Shown: positions 37,195 to 49,541, counted from the first letter of the whole stretch. The stretch is DNA of 61,767 bases, filler included, from Basidiobolus ranarum (GCA_040143965.1; 20 parts of 20 records of this genome joined end to end with filler, not necessarily neighbours in it), one strand, 5' to 3'. The notes: generated from the letters alone by a model not told the origin. Numbers and translations: made by a program.

Positions 37195-39656
37195 TTCTGG
37201 ATTTATCGACAACGAATTGTTTTCCAATTTTGAGGTATTGTTTCTTTAAGAGAGGATAATTGCACATAATAGAGCCCTAAAAGATTCATTTATCAAGTCC
37301 TTGGTGATTCAACTTGGAGTTAAAGAGTGCTTAATCGTAGAAAATGACAAATGTAACGGATACGAAATTTCTAAACTGACCTCAGTTTTAAATAGATGTG
37401 AAGTAGTGATTACTGAATGTAAAAAAGGTTGGTTTGCTATTGAATTGAAAATGAAAGTTATTATGATGGTTGATTCAACATCTCTCAGGCTACTATCAAA
37501 CGAAGAATGTTGAACAAGATCTAAACAGACTACTAGACGGAGAGGTTCCAATCACCTCCATGCGTGAGTGCCTTCTTAGCATACATCTTTTGATCAGTCT
37601 TCTAACGCATAAGATGTAGCTGAGTTTGAACTCAGGCACGCCATGGGATCAACTGCTTGCTTGATCAAGTATTTATCAGTAAGTGATACCCTAACCCTAA
37701 GTGTAGATTTAAGTAGTATTGTAGACTTAACATCCCCTCTTCTCTCTCGGTAGCTATTAGACGATGACATGAACTTTGGTAATTACACCCTGCGTCAACA
37801 TGATTTATCGCATTATATGAAATTAGATGTCTCAGCTCTACAAGCGCTAAACTTGATGCCAAGAATGCAAGATGGTGTGTGTGAGAATCATTCTTCTATG
37901 TGTATAACTTCTGGTCTAAAGCTATTGATCCAGGGCACAACAAAACCATGAGTGTTTTTGGAATCCTTAACAATTGCAAAACCGCCCAAGGATCTCGATT
38001 GCTTGGTCAATGGCTAAAGCAGCCCTTGTTAGATATCAAGGAAATAGGTTGGCCATTTTCAGTAACATTCATCTTCACAATCCAGCAACTTCATCAACTC
38101 TTGTTATAACCAAGGGCAGCGACAGACGTTAGTTGAGGTTCTCATAGAGTGTGATGAACTTCGGCAATCACTTCAAGTAGGGCGTTTGTTATCGAATCAG
38201 TGAGACTGTTACGGTGACCAACAATGTTACCAAATAATAGGAGGATCATCTTTGTCGGATGCCTGATTTACACCGCTTAGCCAAGAGATTTCAGCGAGGA
38301 AGTGCTCATCTACAAGTAATTTACAACTCTGATATCAGATACGCAACTCATTCATATCTGGAATTACCCATAGGATGTAGTTCGTATATATCAAGTCCTA
38401 ATCCGACTCCCGAGCCTATTGGATTCAATAGAAAATACCCAATTTGTTGACAATAAGCATAGGGAGCTGGTTGACGAGGTCTACACCAAGAAACTGAAGG
38501 TATGACTATGGCCACTCTAGCTGTTCACCGGTACCAAGCATCTATTCCATAGGAATACGTGGAGGATTTGTCCAAATTGCAGGAAATGATCGAAACAACC
38601 ATCGACTTGGAACGTGTCAATTATCACGAATATGTCATTAAACCTGACTTTGATGATACTCTGAGAGGTACTCGTACTTGTATAATACGACAATTGACAA
38701 TATTGCTGACCTTATCTGCCTCACGAAAGACATGCGTGACAAGTTGGATAAAGCAATGGCCGGACTAACAATGGAACATGAATGAGCAAGTGTTGCGATT
38801 GAAATTGGAAGACGAAGTAAGATTCTGACTGTGCTATGTGTATGTGTTTAGGTGGGTGAGAGCCTCGGATTGGAGATCGAAAAGAAACTGAAATTGGAAA
38901 AGAGTGCCCTGTATGGTATTGCTTCCGAATTGCAGGAACTGTAAGAGCTTTGCTATATATATCCATGTGTTTATGTATATCAAATCATCATGATATTGAC
39001 CCGAATGCTAGGAAGCCTCCGTTCTGAGAAGTAAGTGTACACAATACATTGAACTCTCCACACAACGCAGCGGTATTTTGTTTACCACTCGCAAAATGCG
39101 TGAAATGAGTGAAAAAATACGAGACCTCTCGGAAGAATACGATCACACGCAATCCGCCCTAGTTAAGGAGGTCATTGGGATAGTCAGTTGGTCTCAATTA
39201 TATCCGATGCCATTTCCCAGATACTTTCTGAGCATCAATTTTGCATTAATCTTGCTCATTGAAGCTTCATACTTCCCTATACTTGAAGTATTCAATGGAT
39301 GCTTGCACATTTGGATGTTCTTATTAGGCACACACTCAAACATATACATATCTACAACTCATGTTTGCTCAATCAATATTGGTTTAGCTTTAGCCATGCT
39401 TCTGCCCATGCCCCCATTGCTTACACCAAACCAAATATTATTACTCAAGGTCCGATATATCCCTTCTCCATTAACTACCAGTCGACTTAACACTCTTAAA
39501 GGTCTAGGAGATCTTGTTCTCATCAATGCCCGACACCCATGTCTCGAAATACAAGACGATGTTTCGTTCAATCCAAATGACGTAGACATAGTCCGCACAA
39601 AAAGTGATTTTCAAATAATAACGGGCCCTAATGTCGGAAATTCAATAGAAAATTAA
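37195..39656 (+). pseudogene. MSH2: MSH2 (MutS homolog 2) multi-exon copy, disrupted and truncated at Walker A
   Basis: Exons give [96 protein letters not shown]. Lesions: in-frame TGA at 38783, -1 frameshifts at ~38916 and ~39298, and no MGGKST or later exons. Confidence 0.88.
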
Positions 39657-39964
39657 TCAATTGAAGCAACAATATCAAACTAGGGTTAATCAGAATTGCA
39701 AATAATCTTAACCCTAACCCTCATCTGAGTAATACTTTTGTTGCGCATAAATCTAAAATAGTATGCATGAACATATTATTGTTGTTATTATTACCAAATA
39801 TGCAAAGTAGTCCAACAATAAATCAATTATTTTATGAAATCCACAATCACGTGCGTACATTCACGTAATCGAAATTCCAATCATCCATGAAATCGGCTTA
39901 AAATCAAAACTTGCCCAAATGAAAGAAATGAAAATCAAAACTACGTGATTGAAATAGAAATTCG

Positions 39965-40014
39965 ACGCGTTCCAATTTTATGACAAAACACGCGGCTCTG
40001 ATAAATATATAAAG
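39965..40014 (+). promoter_or_regulatory. Histone promoter elements: MCB box ACGCGT (39965-39970), CCAAT, second ACGCG core, TATA (ATATATAAAG)
   Basis: Motifs lie 50-100 bp upstream of the H2B ATG. Confidence 0.55.
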
Positions 40015-40066
40015 GATCAGCTGGGTACGGATTACGGTCATCAATTTATAAACATCTAAATACATC

Positions 40067-40182
40067 ATGGCACCTAAAGACGTCCCCAGTACCGAGAAGA
40101 AGGAAACCAAGCACAAGAAGGCTTCCCGTAAGGAATCTTATGCCTCATATATTTACAAGGTATTGAAACACGTCCACCCCGA
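40067..40182 (+). CDS. HTB1: Histone H2B, 5' part (runs off contig), short N-terminal tail
   Basis: [38 protein letters not shown] matches the H2B signature RKES/TYSxYIYKVLKQVHPD. Not in the ORF track. Confidence 0.92.
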
Positions 40183-40282
40183 NNNNNNNNNNNNNNNNNN
40201 NNNNNNNNNNNNNNNNNNNNNNNNNNTTAATTAATTAANNNNNNNNNNNNNNNNNNNNNNNNNNNNNNNNNNNNNNNNNNNN

Positions 40283-40600
40283 ACTTATCTATTATATCTT
40301 ATTACACAAACTCCTGAATATCTCAAACAATTGATTTACTTTTCTACTATATAAGTCACCATATACTCTTGAGAATAAACTAACTAAAACACATTATCAA
40401 CAGTTGCTTCTAATACTCAAAGTCTACCCCCATTATGTCAAGATCCTCCAACAGGGGGGTTAATTTGACTTCCAGAAATTATGCAATTTTTGATCATTTT
40501 GCTCAAATAATCAAATCCAATATGGCCAAATCTCTTATGCCATAATTGAATAGTTTCTTGATTGGAATAACTTACATTTACACATAAACCTCTTGAAGAT
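40283..40600. mobile_element. Copia family-C LTR 3' end plus leader and gag start (+), joined to an inverted GAG-pre-integrase fragment (-)
   Basis: 40283-40450 matches the reverse complement of 52735-52902. 40458-40590 matches 19665-19805. Confidence 0.75.
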
Positions 40601-41641
40601 AAATAATTTCAACATGATTCAAGAAGGGCAATACTCATTTGGTATTGACTCAATGTTATTCACAACTTGTGAGTGCAATTATTACATTAGTATTAATCCT
40701 AAATATAGAGGCGTATTTTAAACAACTATTATGTAAACTAATGCTTATTCTTGCTGTGCATAAAACTGCTGTGGGGTAGTTAATATATATACTGTGCTAT
40801 GAAGTACAACTTCACAGAAATTTTATATGATCTGGAAGACATTCAATACCAGCTTCAATGCATGTGAAGGATTCTGACTCCAAAATATTGGACAGAAATC
40901 TAATAGCAGAGATCTTTGCTGCTTGCTGATATTAATCTCTGTAAGATACTTGCAACCATTTAACCAATTCCATCATAGTTTTTAGAATATATATTATTCA
41001 TGTGAACATAAACAGATTTACTTCAAAATTAAGTGGACAATTTGTGATAGCATTAACACTTGTCCAGATGTTTCCTTTAGCTGGTAAAAGTAGTGGATCT
41101 GATTTGGCAAGAAGATATTTGTAGAATAAAGTTGGAGTTTACCTAATCTGCCAATCTCAGCACTCTCTGTATTACACCCTTGTAATAAGCATGGAACTAG
41201 AGCAAATTTGGCTTTCCCTCCAATACCAGAGAAGATTTCCTAGTTCAAAAAGTATATTTGCCAGTATTGTGTGTACAATTTTATGGAAATAGTGCATTCC
41301 GTATATCAAATACAACTTTGGAACAAGGTACTATCAAAGAACTCAAATAATATTCAAAATCCTTGACAGAGAATTAATATTGGGGTAGAACAGCTTGAAT
41401 GACCTGATGCCATAACAATAATGTTGTAAAAAACCACCAAGAAATCACAAATAGAAACTGAGTAACCTGGTGCATAAATATATTCTCATAGTGATCATCG
41501 ATTAGTGAGCTACATTTGACAACTACATCCGAACAGTGTCGATATCAAAAAGAAAACTTGGCCTGTACATTGACAATTTTCGATTGTTGCAACATTTGTC
41601 AAATTTGCATATTTAGGAAGTATATAGTTTAGATAATTATT

Positions 41642-43270
41642 TTAAAAGATATCTTGCACATCCAGCCAAGCATCGCCATCTTCATGTAAGAACGGTTTCT
41701 GATTAGACTGCCCGCGCTCCTCCCAATATTGATTGGTAAATCTCCAGTACTCTCTTTGTGAATCTTTGTCAAAATCCTTTACAAACCACCTGGGCTTCCA
41801 GGAATATTCTGGAGTCTCTTCAAATTTTTTACGTTTGGCCCGTTGCTTTTCCTCCAGTCTCATTTTCTCTTTTTGTGCCAGTTCATACTCCCCATGCTCT
41901 AGGGCTTTTTGATCAGGTCGAAGACGTGAATCAGTGGGAGCCAGATACGGTAACAAGGTATCCGGGCATTCATTTAGCGTGATTGCAAAGGGTGTTAGAT
42001 TGAAAGGCGTTGCAATGTTAGAGGCCTTCTTTCGCTTCCATAGTAAAATGGCAGGATTTGAAGTTTCGCTATTATGGTTCAATATCATAGGAATTGGTAA
42101 AATCTCATTGCACTTCAACTTCTTGTCCTCAGGGAACGGCTGTGAATCATCGGTTGCCATTCGAGCAGCCAAGAACTCACTCCATTTACCATACAGTTGC
42201 CATATGATATTACCATGCCTATCTTTCACGACCCCTTGAACTATATTTTTATCCGAGCTTCCCCACTTACGTTCTTTGAAGGTCAAAGTACATGTTTCAC
42301 CGGTGCGATGGTTAACAATCTCCATATCTCCATAATTCTCTAGGTAAATCTTCCCTATTAGAATATTATTCACTCGGGTTGTCACCTTCTTCCATGAGAA
42401 ATGTTCTTGTATTGTTTCAGAGTCACTTTCTCCCTTTTTATCAAGTCTCTCTTCCGTTTCTACGAAGGCTTTGGGGATTTTTAGGTACAAATGAGTTAGT
42501 CCGGCCGGAAATAACTCAAACGATTTCCCCCAGAATTTGGTTTTACAATCAACTTCAGCGTAAAAGATGAAGTTTGAAGATTCGCAGTGACAGGCGCTAA
42601 TTGGCTTTGAAAGATATTTCATAAATATTGTGAATACTTATTGACACTTCTAAAACCTTCGGATTTCTCTTACCGGATGATGGCTCACTTGCTCGGAAAT
42701 GTATCGATATCCCTTGTCTATACGTACGTATTCAAATGTCTCTCCCTAAATAACTCCAAGTCAATATGAAAATTACTGAACTCTTTTATATGTCAGTAAA
42801 CTTACTAAAAGAGGATTAAAAGGTTTTGCTATTCTATGCTCAGATCCAGAGTAGTTGGTCATTGCAAATGTAGCAACCCAGAGTAGTCGCTGTAAACTGT
42901 CTGAATGTTTAGTAGCCATATCAACCAGCTCGCTATACTCCATCTCTTCGCACAGACGCTGAAGCATTGATGTAGGTTCATTGAAATAAACCGGAAGAGC
43001 AATCTTCGTGAGGTCCTTTCCAATAGAATTGGCTAACACAGACCATAATGATAGCTCCGGTTTACTTGATAATGATTCGATAGGTAATCGAGTCCGAAGA
43101 TTTCCTGGATATCCTTTATATGAAGCGGCAATAGCATCGGCGCTTCGTTGTTTTTCAACATTAAACTTAACAGGGATGGAATTATCTTTTAAAATCACCG
43201 AGTCCATTGCATCATAAAACTCTTCCTCTTCTTCCTCCTCTGCAGGCGTCACCTGTGTAACTTCCTCTAT
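41642..43270 (-). CDS. Oxysterol-binding protein-related protein (Osh1/2/3-type), 3' part; exons 43270-42806, 42745-42674, 42604-41642
   Basis: FFAT-like EEEEEFYDAMD; IGKDLTKIALPVYFNEPTSMLQRL; KPFNPLL|GETFE; OSBP signature EQVSHHP|PISA; PTDSRLRPDQ. Canonical GT-AG introns keep the frame. Confidence 0.95.
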
Positions 43271-43370
43271 NNNNNNNNNNNNNNNNNNNNNNNNNNNNNN
43301 NNNNNNNNNNNNNNTTAATTAATTAANNNNNNNNNNNNNNNNNNNNNNNNNNNNNNNNNNNNNNNNNNNN

Positions 43371-46357
43371 GGATAGCTTCTGGTGGTCCCTTTGGCTCTA
43401 TTTCTTCTCCTGTAACAAATCCCCAAAGGTCCTTGTCTTCTAGCACCATTTGCATCTTGAACTTCCAAAGGTGAAAGTCTTGACCATCAAACTTCTCTGT
43501 GGATGCAAAAACATTGATAATAGTACTGGTAGCCATTCCTTTAACTGCTAGCTTGGGGCACATAACCTGATAAAAGTGTTTAGGGGATTTGCAAGTGTTT
43601 TGGACAAAATTTGGATTTGTGAATTTGACACTTAAGTTTTTTTGAATTGGACATGTCCTATTTGTAGTTTAAAATGAAATAAGACTATTGGAAATGCTTA
43701 GATCATGACAAACATGCCTGTTAAGCATGGGTGCAAATTTGAGGAGATTTGGAGAAGTTTTGAGAAAATAATGAAAATTGGTAAAAGTGATCTAATTGAT
43801 AGTAATATCAATTAGAGCAATAAACACTTGTTTTTGAATGACAAAATTGAGTGCTAAATAATCTGAATATGAATAAACTAACTACTAATTAATGAGTTGC
43901 TATTTACTTAATTTCAACATTCTCACTCAACTAATAATTTTGTGTTTCACTTAAACTTAACTTATATCTTAACAATTCATATTGTGCTTTAGCCACAGGT
44001 TTGGTTAAGATATCAGCTATCCTTTCTTTAGTAGGGCAACAGACAAGTTCAATTATATCAATCTCTATTGCTTCTCTAAGAAAATGATGCCTAATGTCTA
44101 TATGTTTTGTTCTAGCATGAAATGTAGGATTTTTAGCTAATGAAATACAACTCGATTATATATTCAATTACAGTAATAGCACATTTTTGCATGTATCCTA
44201 AGTCTGTAAATAACTTCCTTAACCAAATAGCTTCTTGTGCAGTAGCTGAGGCAGCGATACACTCTGCTTCTGTAGTGGAAAGTGCTATGGTTGGCTGCTT
44301 CTTACTATTCCAAGTTATGGCTCCATTACCATAGAGAAAAGTTTATTCCAGCTGTTGATCTTCTATCATCAAGGTTTCTTCCCCAGTTTGCATCACTGTA
44401 GCCTTCAAAATTTTGTGCATCAGGAGTGGCAGAGTATTCCAGAACTAGATCCACAGTTCCTCTCAAATACCAAATGTTTATTAACTTCTGATTTTTGGTA
44501 TCAAACAGTCTGCAGGCCTTGGATCCATCATGGTAACCAAGAAATATGCATTTTCTGCTTTTGGGTTCCAACATTGAGCACATTTGAGCTGGAATTAGAC
44601 AATAAGCTGTGCAACCAAAGATCCTGAGATGCTCCACACTTGGTTTTGATCCATATAGGGCTTTAAATGGATTAGCATTTTGTAGCAATCTTGTTGGGCA
44701 TCAGTTCTTGATATAGAATGCTGTTGAGACAGATTAAGCTCAATATTGGTAATCTAACTTTTGATCATGTAACATTGATATTGACATCACTACTATGGTT
44801 CTATTAGCATGTTCTGCAGCTCCATTTTGCTGTGGAGTATAAGGTAGAGTAGTTTGTTGCTTAATTCCATGTTTAGAGCAAAAACTAGTAAAGTCTTTGG
44901 AGCAGTATTCTCCACAATTATCACTCCTTGATACCCCTATTTTTTATGCTGATTCTTTCTCTACCACTGCTTGGTAGTGCTTGAAAGTAGTTAAGGCATC
45001 AGATTTTGATTTGATCAAGATTACTCAAGTATATCTTGTTTTGTCATCTATAGAGGTCATTGAGTACCTTTTCCCACCCGGTGAGATGTTTTTCATGGGC
45101 CCACATATGTCAGAATGAATCAGGTAAAGAATTCAAGTGAATATGATCTCTCTAGAGCTTGAAAATGGCTATCTGTGATGTTTTCCATATATGCAACCTT
45201 CACAGAGATCCAATTAAGTGATATTTCTAACTTCCAAGCCTGAAACAAGCTGATATGGATCATTTGGGTCAGTTTTTGTTCCCCAATATGGCCTAATCTT
45301 CTATGCCATATTTGCCACCTTATTTCACCAGTTTTGGCCAAGTTTGCATGCTCAGAATGCAATTTGTTGATATCTAGCATGTATACGTTATGAGTTTTGA
45401 TCCCAGTAGCTGATTGGGTACTATTCTGATCTGTGATAGTGCATTCAGCCTTACTGAACACAAAATGTCATCCTTGAGTTGTTGCTTGGCTTACCAAGAG
45501 TAGATTCTTGGCAATATTTGGTACATGGAGTACATCATCTAATTTTGCAGATGGTGTAGCTGAATTTTGATCTAAATTGAGTACAACTGTGTCCTTACCA
45601 TCTGCATCTAGTGCAAAGTCATCACCTAAATAGGCTTTCCTTGTTTGGATTGGTTTTGAGCTGTGCAACCAATCTTAACAGCTGCATAATGCTCAGGTCT
45701 TGGGTTTTGCACATGTTGGCTAACTACTCCCACTGCAAAAGAGATATCTGGCCAGGTTCCAGTCATAGCTTATATCAAAGTACCTAGCATAGATTGATAA
45801 TGGAACTCAGGGCTTTCAAATGACATATTTTGAGCCATGTTTGGTCAATTTTCATCATTTTTGATGGAATTTTTCACTAGTTTCACACTTGGATTTATGG
45901 GAGCTGCTACTGGCTTACAATTCTCCATCCTATAATGTCTAAGAATGCCTGAGATGTATTCAGATTGATTCAGAGTAATAGATTTGCTCACTATATCCAT
46001 ATGGATCTGCAGGCCTAAAAAATACGTAAGTTCACCTAAATCAGTCATCTTGAATTGGACTGATAGATCTCTTTTGGTGTTCCTGAGAGCTTCATCATTA
46101 TTGGTAGCTATAATCAGATCATCTACATATAAGGCAAGTATCACCTTACTGTCCTTATCTGTCTTAAAGTAGATCCCAAAATCCGCCGTACTCTTTTGGA
46201 AATCAAGTGATTCCAAGTATGTGTCTATCTTAGTGTACCAGGCCCTGGGTGATTGTTTAAGTCCATAGAGTGATTTCTGTAGCTTACACACGTCCTCTGG
46301 GTGCTCAGGATCCACAAAACCATCTGGTTGATCCATGAATATATCCTCTTCCAAGTC
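43371..46357 (-). mobile_element. Copia family A, rearranged tandem: RT - protease - integrase - RT end/RNase H - PPT - LTR (43568-43919) - PBS - gag
   Basis: RT LYGLKQSPRAW/LYVDDL; integrase SDNCGEY, QQNGAAE; RNase H GYSDANW; PBS GGTTATGTGCCCC; gag EKFDGQDFHLWKFKMQMVL. Confidence 0.92.
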
Positions 46358-46457
46358 NNNNNNNNNNNNNNNNNNNNNNNNNNNNNNNNNNNNNNNNNNN
46401 NTTAATTAATTAANNNNNNNNNNNNNNNNNNNNNNNNNNNNNNNNNNNNNNNNNNNN

Positions 46458-46589
46458 CTTACCATTTATATTTGCTTTATTTAACTTTATTCTATTCTCA
46501 AATTTATTAGGAATGGTTCCTTATAGCTTTACTCCTACTTCTCATATGGCATTAACATTTAGTTTTAGTATAGCTATTTTAATAGCTGT
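46458..46589 (+). other. atp6: Mitochondrial atp6 (ATP synthase subunit a) fragment: NUMT or chimeric join
   Basis: LPFIFALFNFILFSNLLGMVPYSFTPTSHMALTFSFSIAILIAV matches the subunit-a motif N.LG..PY.FT.TSH. Very AT-rich with TTA/ATA codons, unlike the downstream sequence. Confidence 0.88.
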
Positions 46590-49441
46590 CAGCTCTAGTC
46601 ATTCTGAAAACGTAAAGCCTACAGCCGGCACTGCTCATTTTGAGAGTGTAAAGCACACAGTGAATTCTAAGCACTCTGAGAGCGTAAAGCCTACTGCCAG
46701 CACCAGTCACTCTGAAAGTGTAAAGCCAATTGTCAGCTCTGCTCATTCGGAAACCGTGAAGCCCACTACCAGCTCAGGTCACTCTGAAAGCGTAAAGGCA
46801 ACAGTTAGTACAAAGCACTCCGAAAGTGTAAAGCCAACAGGCAGCTCAAGTCACTCTGAAATTGTAAAGCCTACTGCTAGCACTGCTCACTCTGAAAACG
46901 TAAAACTCTCTGTCAGTCATAGTTACACTGCTCACTCTGCAAGCGCAAAGTCCGCTGTCAGCTCTGCTCACTCTACAAGCGCAAAGTCCGCTGTCAGCTC
47001 TGCTCACTCTGCAAGCGCAAAGTCCAATGTCAGCTCTGCTCACTCCAAAAGCATCAAGCCCACCGCCAGTTATAAGAACTCTGAAAGCCTAAAGCCTACG
47101 GTCAGTTCTAAGCACTCTGAAAGCGTAAAGCCCACTGCCAGTTCTAAGCACTCTGAGAGCGGAAAATCAACAGTCAGCTCTGCTCACTTTGAAAGCATAA
47201 ACCCAACTGTGAGCTCTAGTCACTCTAAAATTGTGAAGCCCACTGACAGCGCCGTTCACTCTCAGAACGTAAAACCCACAGTTAGCTCTAGTCGTTCTAA
47301 AAACGTAAAGCCTACTGCCAGCACTGCTCATTCTGAAACCATGAAACCCACTAACAGCTCAGGCCACTCTGAAAGTGTAAAGCCTACAGTTAGTACCAAG
47401 CACTCCGAAAGTACGGTCAGCTCTAGTCATTCCGAAAGCGTAAAGCCTACAGTCAGCACTAGTCGCTCTGAAAGCGTTAAGCCCACCGCTAGTTCTAAGA
47501 ACTCTGAAAGCCTAAAGCCTACGGTCAGTTCTAAGCACTCCGAAAGTGACAAACCCACAGTCAGCTCTGCTCACTCTGAAAGCGTAAAGCCAATTGTCAG
47601 CTCTAGTCACTCTGAAATTGTGAGGCCCACAGTCAGCTCTAGTCATTCTGAAAACGTAAAGCTAACTGCCAGCACTGCTCACTCCGAGAGCGTAAAGCCT
47701 GCTGCCAGCTCCAGTCACTCTAAAGTCTTAAAGCCAACTGTCAGCTCTGCTCATTCTGAAACCGTGAAGCCCACTACCAGCTCAGGTCACTCTGAAAGCG
47801 TAAAGCTTACAGCTAGTACCAAGCACTCCGAAAGTGTAAAGCCATCAGGCAGCTCAAGTCACTCTGAAGTTGTAAAGCCTATTGCCAGCACTTCTCACTC
47901 AGAAAACGTAAACCTCTCAGTCAGTCATAGTCACACTGCTAGCTCTGCGCACTCTGCAAGCGTAAAGCCCACTGTCAGTTCTGTTCATTCCGAAAGTGTA
48001 AAGCTCACAGTCAGCACTGCTCACTCCGACAGCGTAAAGCCCACCGCTAGTTCTAGGAACTCTGAAAACCTAAAGCCTACGGTCAGTTCTAAGCAATCCG
48101 AAAGCGACAAACCCACAGGCAGTTCTACTCACTCTGAAAGCGTAAAGCCCACAGTCAGTTCTAAGCACTCTGAGAGCAGAAAATCAACAGTCAGCTCTGC
48201 TCATTCGGAAAGCGTCAAGCCAACTGTCGGCTCTAGTCACTCTGAAATTGTGAAGCCCACTAATAGCGCCGCTCACTCCGAAAACGTAAAGCCCTCAATC
48301 AGCTCTAGTCGCTCTGAAAGCGTTAATCCCACCGCTAGTTCTAAGAACTCAGAAAGCCTAAAGCCTACGGTCAGCTCTAGTCTCTCTGAAATTGTGAGGC
48401 CCACAGTCAGCTCTAGTCATTCTGAAAACGTAAAGCCTACAGCCAGCACTGCTCATTTTGAGAGTGTAAAGCACACAGTGAATTCTAAGCACTCTGAGAG
48501 CGCAAAGGCTGCTGCCAGCTCCAGTCACTCTAAAGTCTTAAAGCCAACTGCCAGCTCTGCTCATTCTGAAACCGTGAAGCCCACTACCAGCTCAGGCCAC
48601 TCCGAAAGCGTAAAGCCTACAGTTAGTACCAAGCACTCCGAAAGTGTAAAGCCAACAGGTAGCTCAAGTCACTCTGAAGTTGTAAAGCTTACTACCAGCA
48701 CTGCTCACTCTGAAAACGTAAAATTCTCTGCCAGTCATAGTCACACTGCCAGCTCAGCTCACTCTGAAATCCTAAAGCCCATCGTCAATTCTAAGCAATC
48801 CGAAAATGTAAAGCCTACTTTTAGCTCTAATCACTCTCAAATTTTGAAACCCACCATCAGCTCTAGCCACGCTGAAATTTTGAAGCCCACAGTTAGCTCT
48901 GCTCACTCTGAAAGTGGGAAACCAACCTTCAGTTCGGTTCGCTCTGAAATTTTAACGCCCATTACCAGTTCTGCTCAGCCTGAAAGCGTAAAGCCCACAG
49001 GCAGTACAAGGCACACTCAAGGTGTCAAGCCAACTATCAGCTCTAGTGACTCTGAAATCTTGAAACCTGCCATCAGCTCTGCTCATTTTGAGAGCATAAA
49101 GCCCACTGCCAGCTCTAGTCATTCTGAAAGTGTGAAGCCTACTGCCGGCACTGCCAACTCCGAGAGCGTAAAGCTCACATTCAGCACTAAGCACTCTGAA
49201 AGTGCTAAGTTCACTGTTAGTTCTAGTCACTCTGAAAGCGTTAAGCCTACAGCCGACTCTAGTCACTCGGAAGACTTAAAGCCAACTGTCAGCTCCGCTC
49301 ATTCTGAAATTGCAAGGCCCACTACCAGTTCGGTCCATTCTGAAAGTATGAAGCATACTGCCAGCACTGCTCATTCTGAGAGCGTAAAGCCTACTGTCAG
49401 TTCTAGACACTCTGAGAGCGTAAAGCCTACTTACAGCTCTA
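46513..49441 (+). CDS. Ser/Thr/His/Lys-rich tandem-repeat protein (about 80 x 12 aa, HSESVKPTVSSx), mucin/adhesin-like, open to contig end
   Basis: More than 970 codons without a stop; 36-bp period with synonymous variation; CpGs retained. Confidence 0.8.
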
Positions 49442-49541
49442 NNNNNNNNNNNNNNNNNNNNNNNNNNNNNNNNNNNNNNNNNNNNTTAATTAATTAANNN
49501 NNNNNNNNNNNNNNNNNNNNNNNNNNNNNNNNNNNNNNNNN

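Noticed and set aside
39623-39660. GTCGGA after GPN as an intron donor continuing MSH2
   Set aside because: No downstream exon encoding MGGKST/YIRQ is present before the H2B gene.
39708-39721. TAACCCTAACCCT (also CCCTAACCCTAA in an MSH2 intron at ~37690) as telomere remnants
   Set aside because: Only two hexamers each, and about 70 bp away from the MSH2 break; too short to distinguish from chance or promoter motifs.
46586-49441. 36-bp periodic array as a CRISPR or non-coding satellite
   Set aside because: No unique spacers and no cas genes; eukaryotic context; variation preserves one reading frame.
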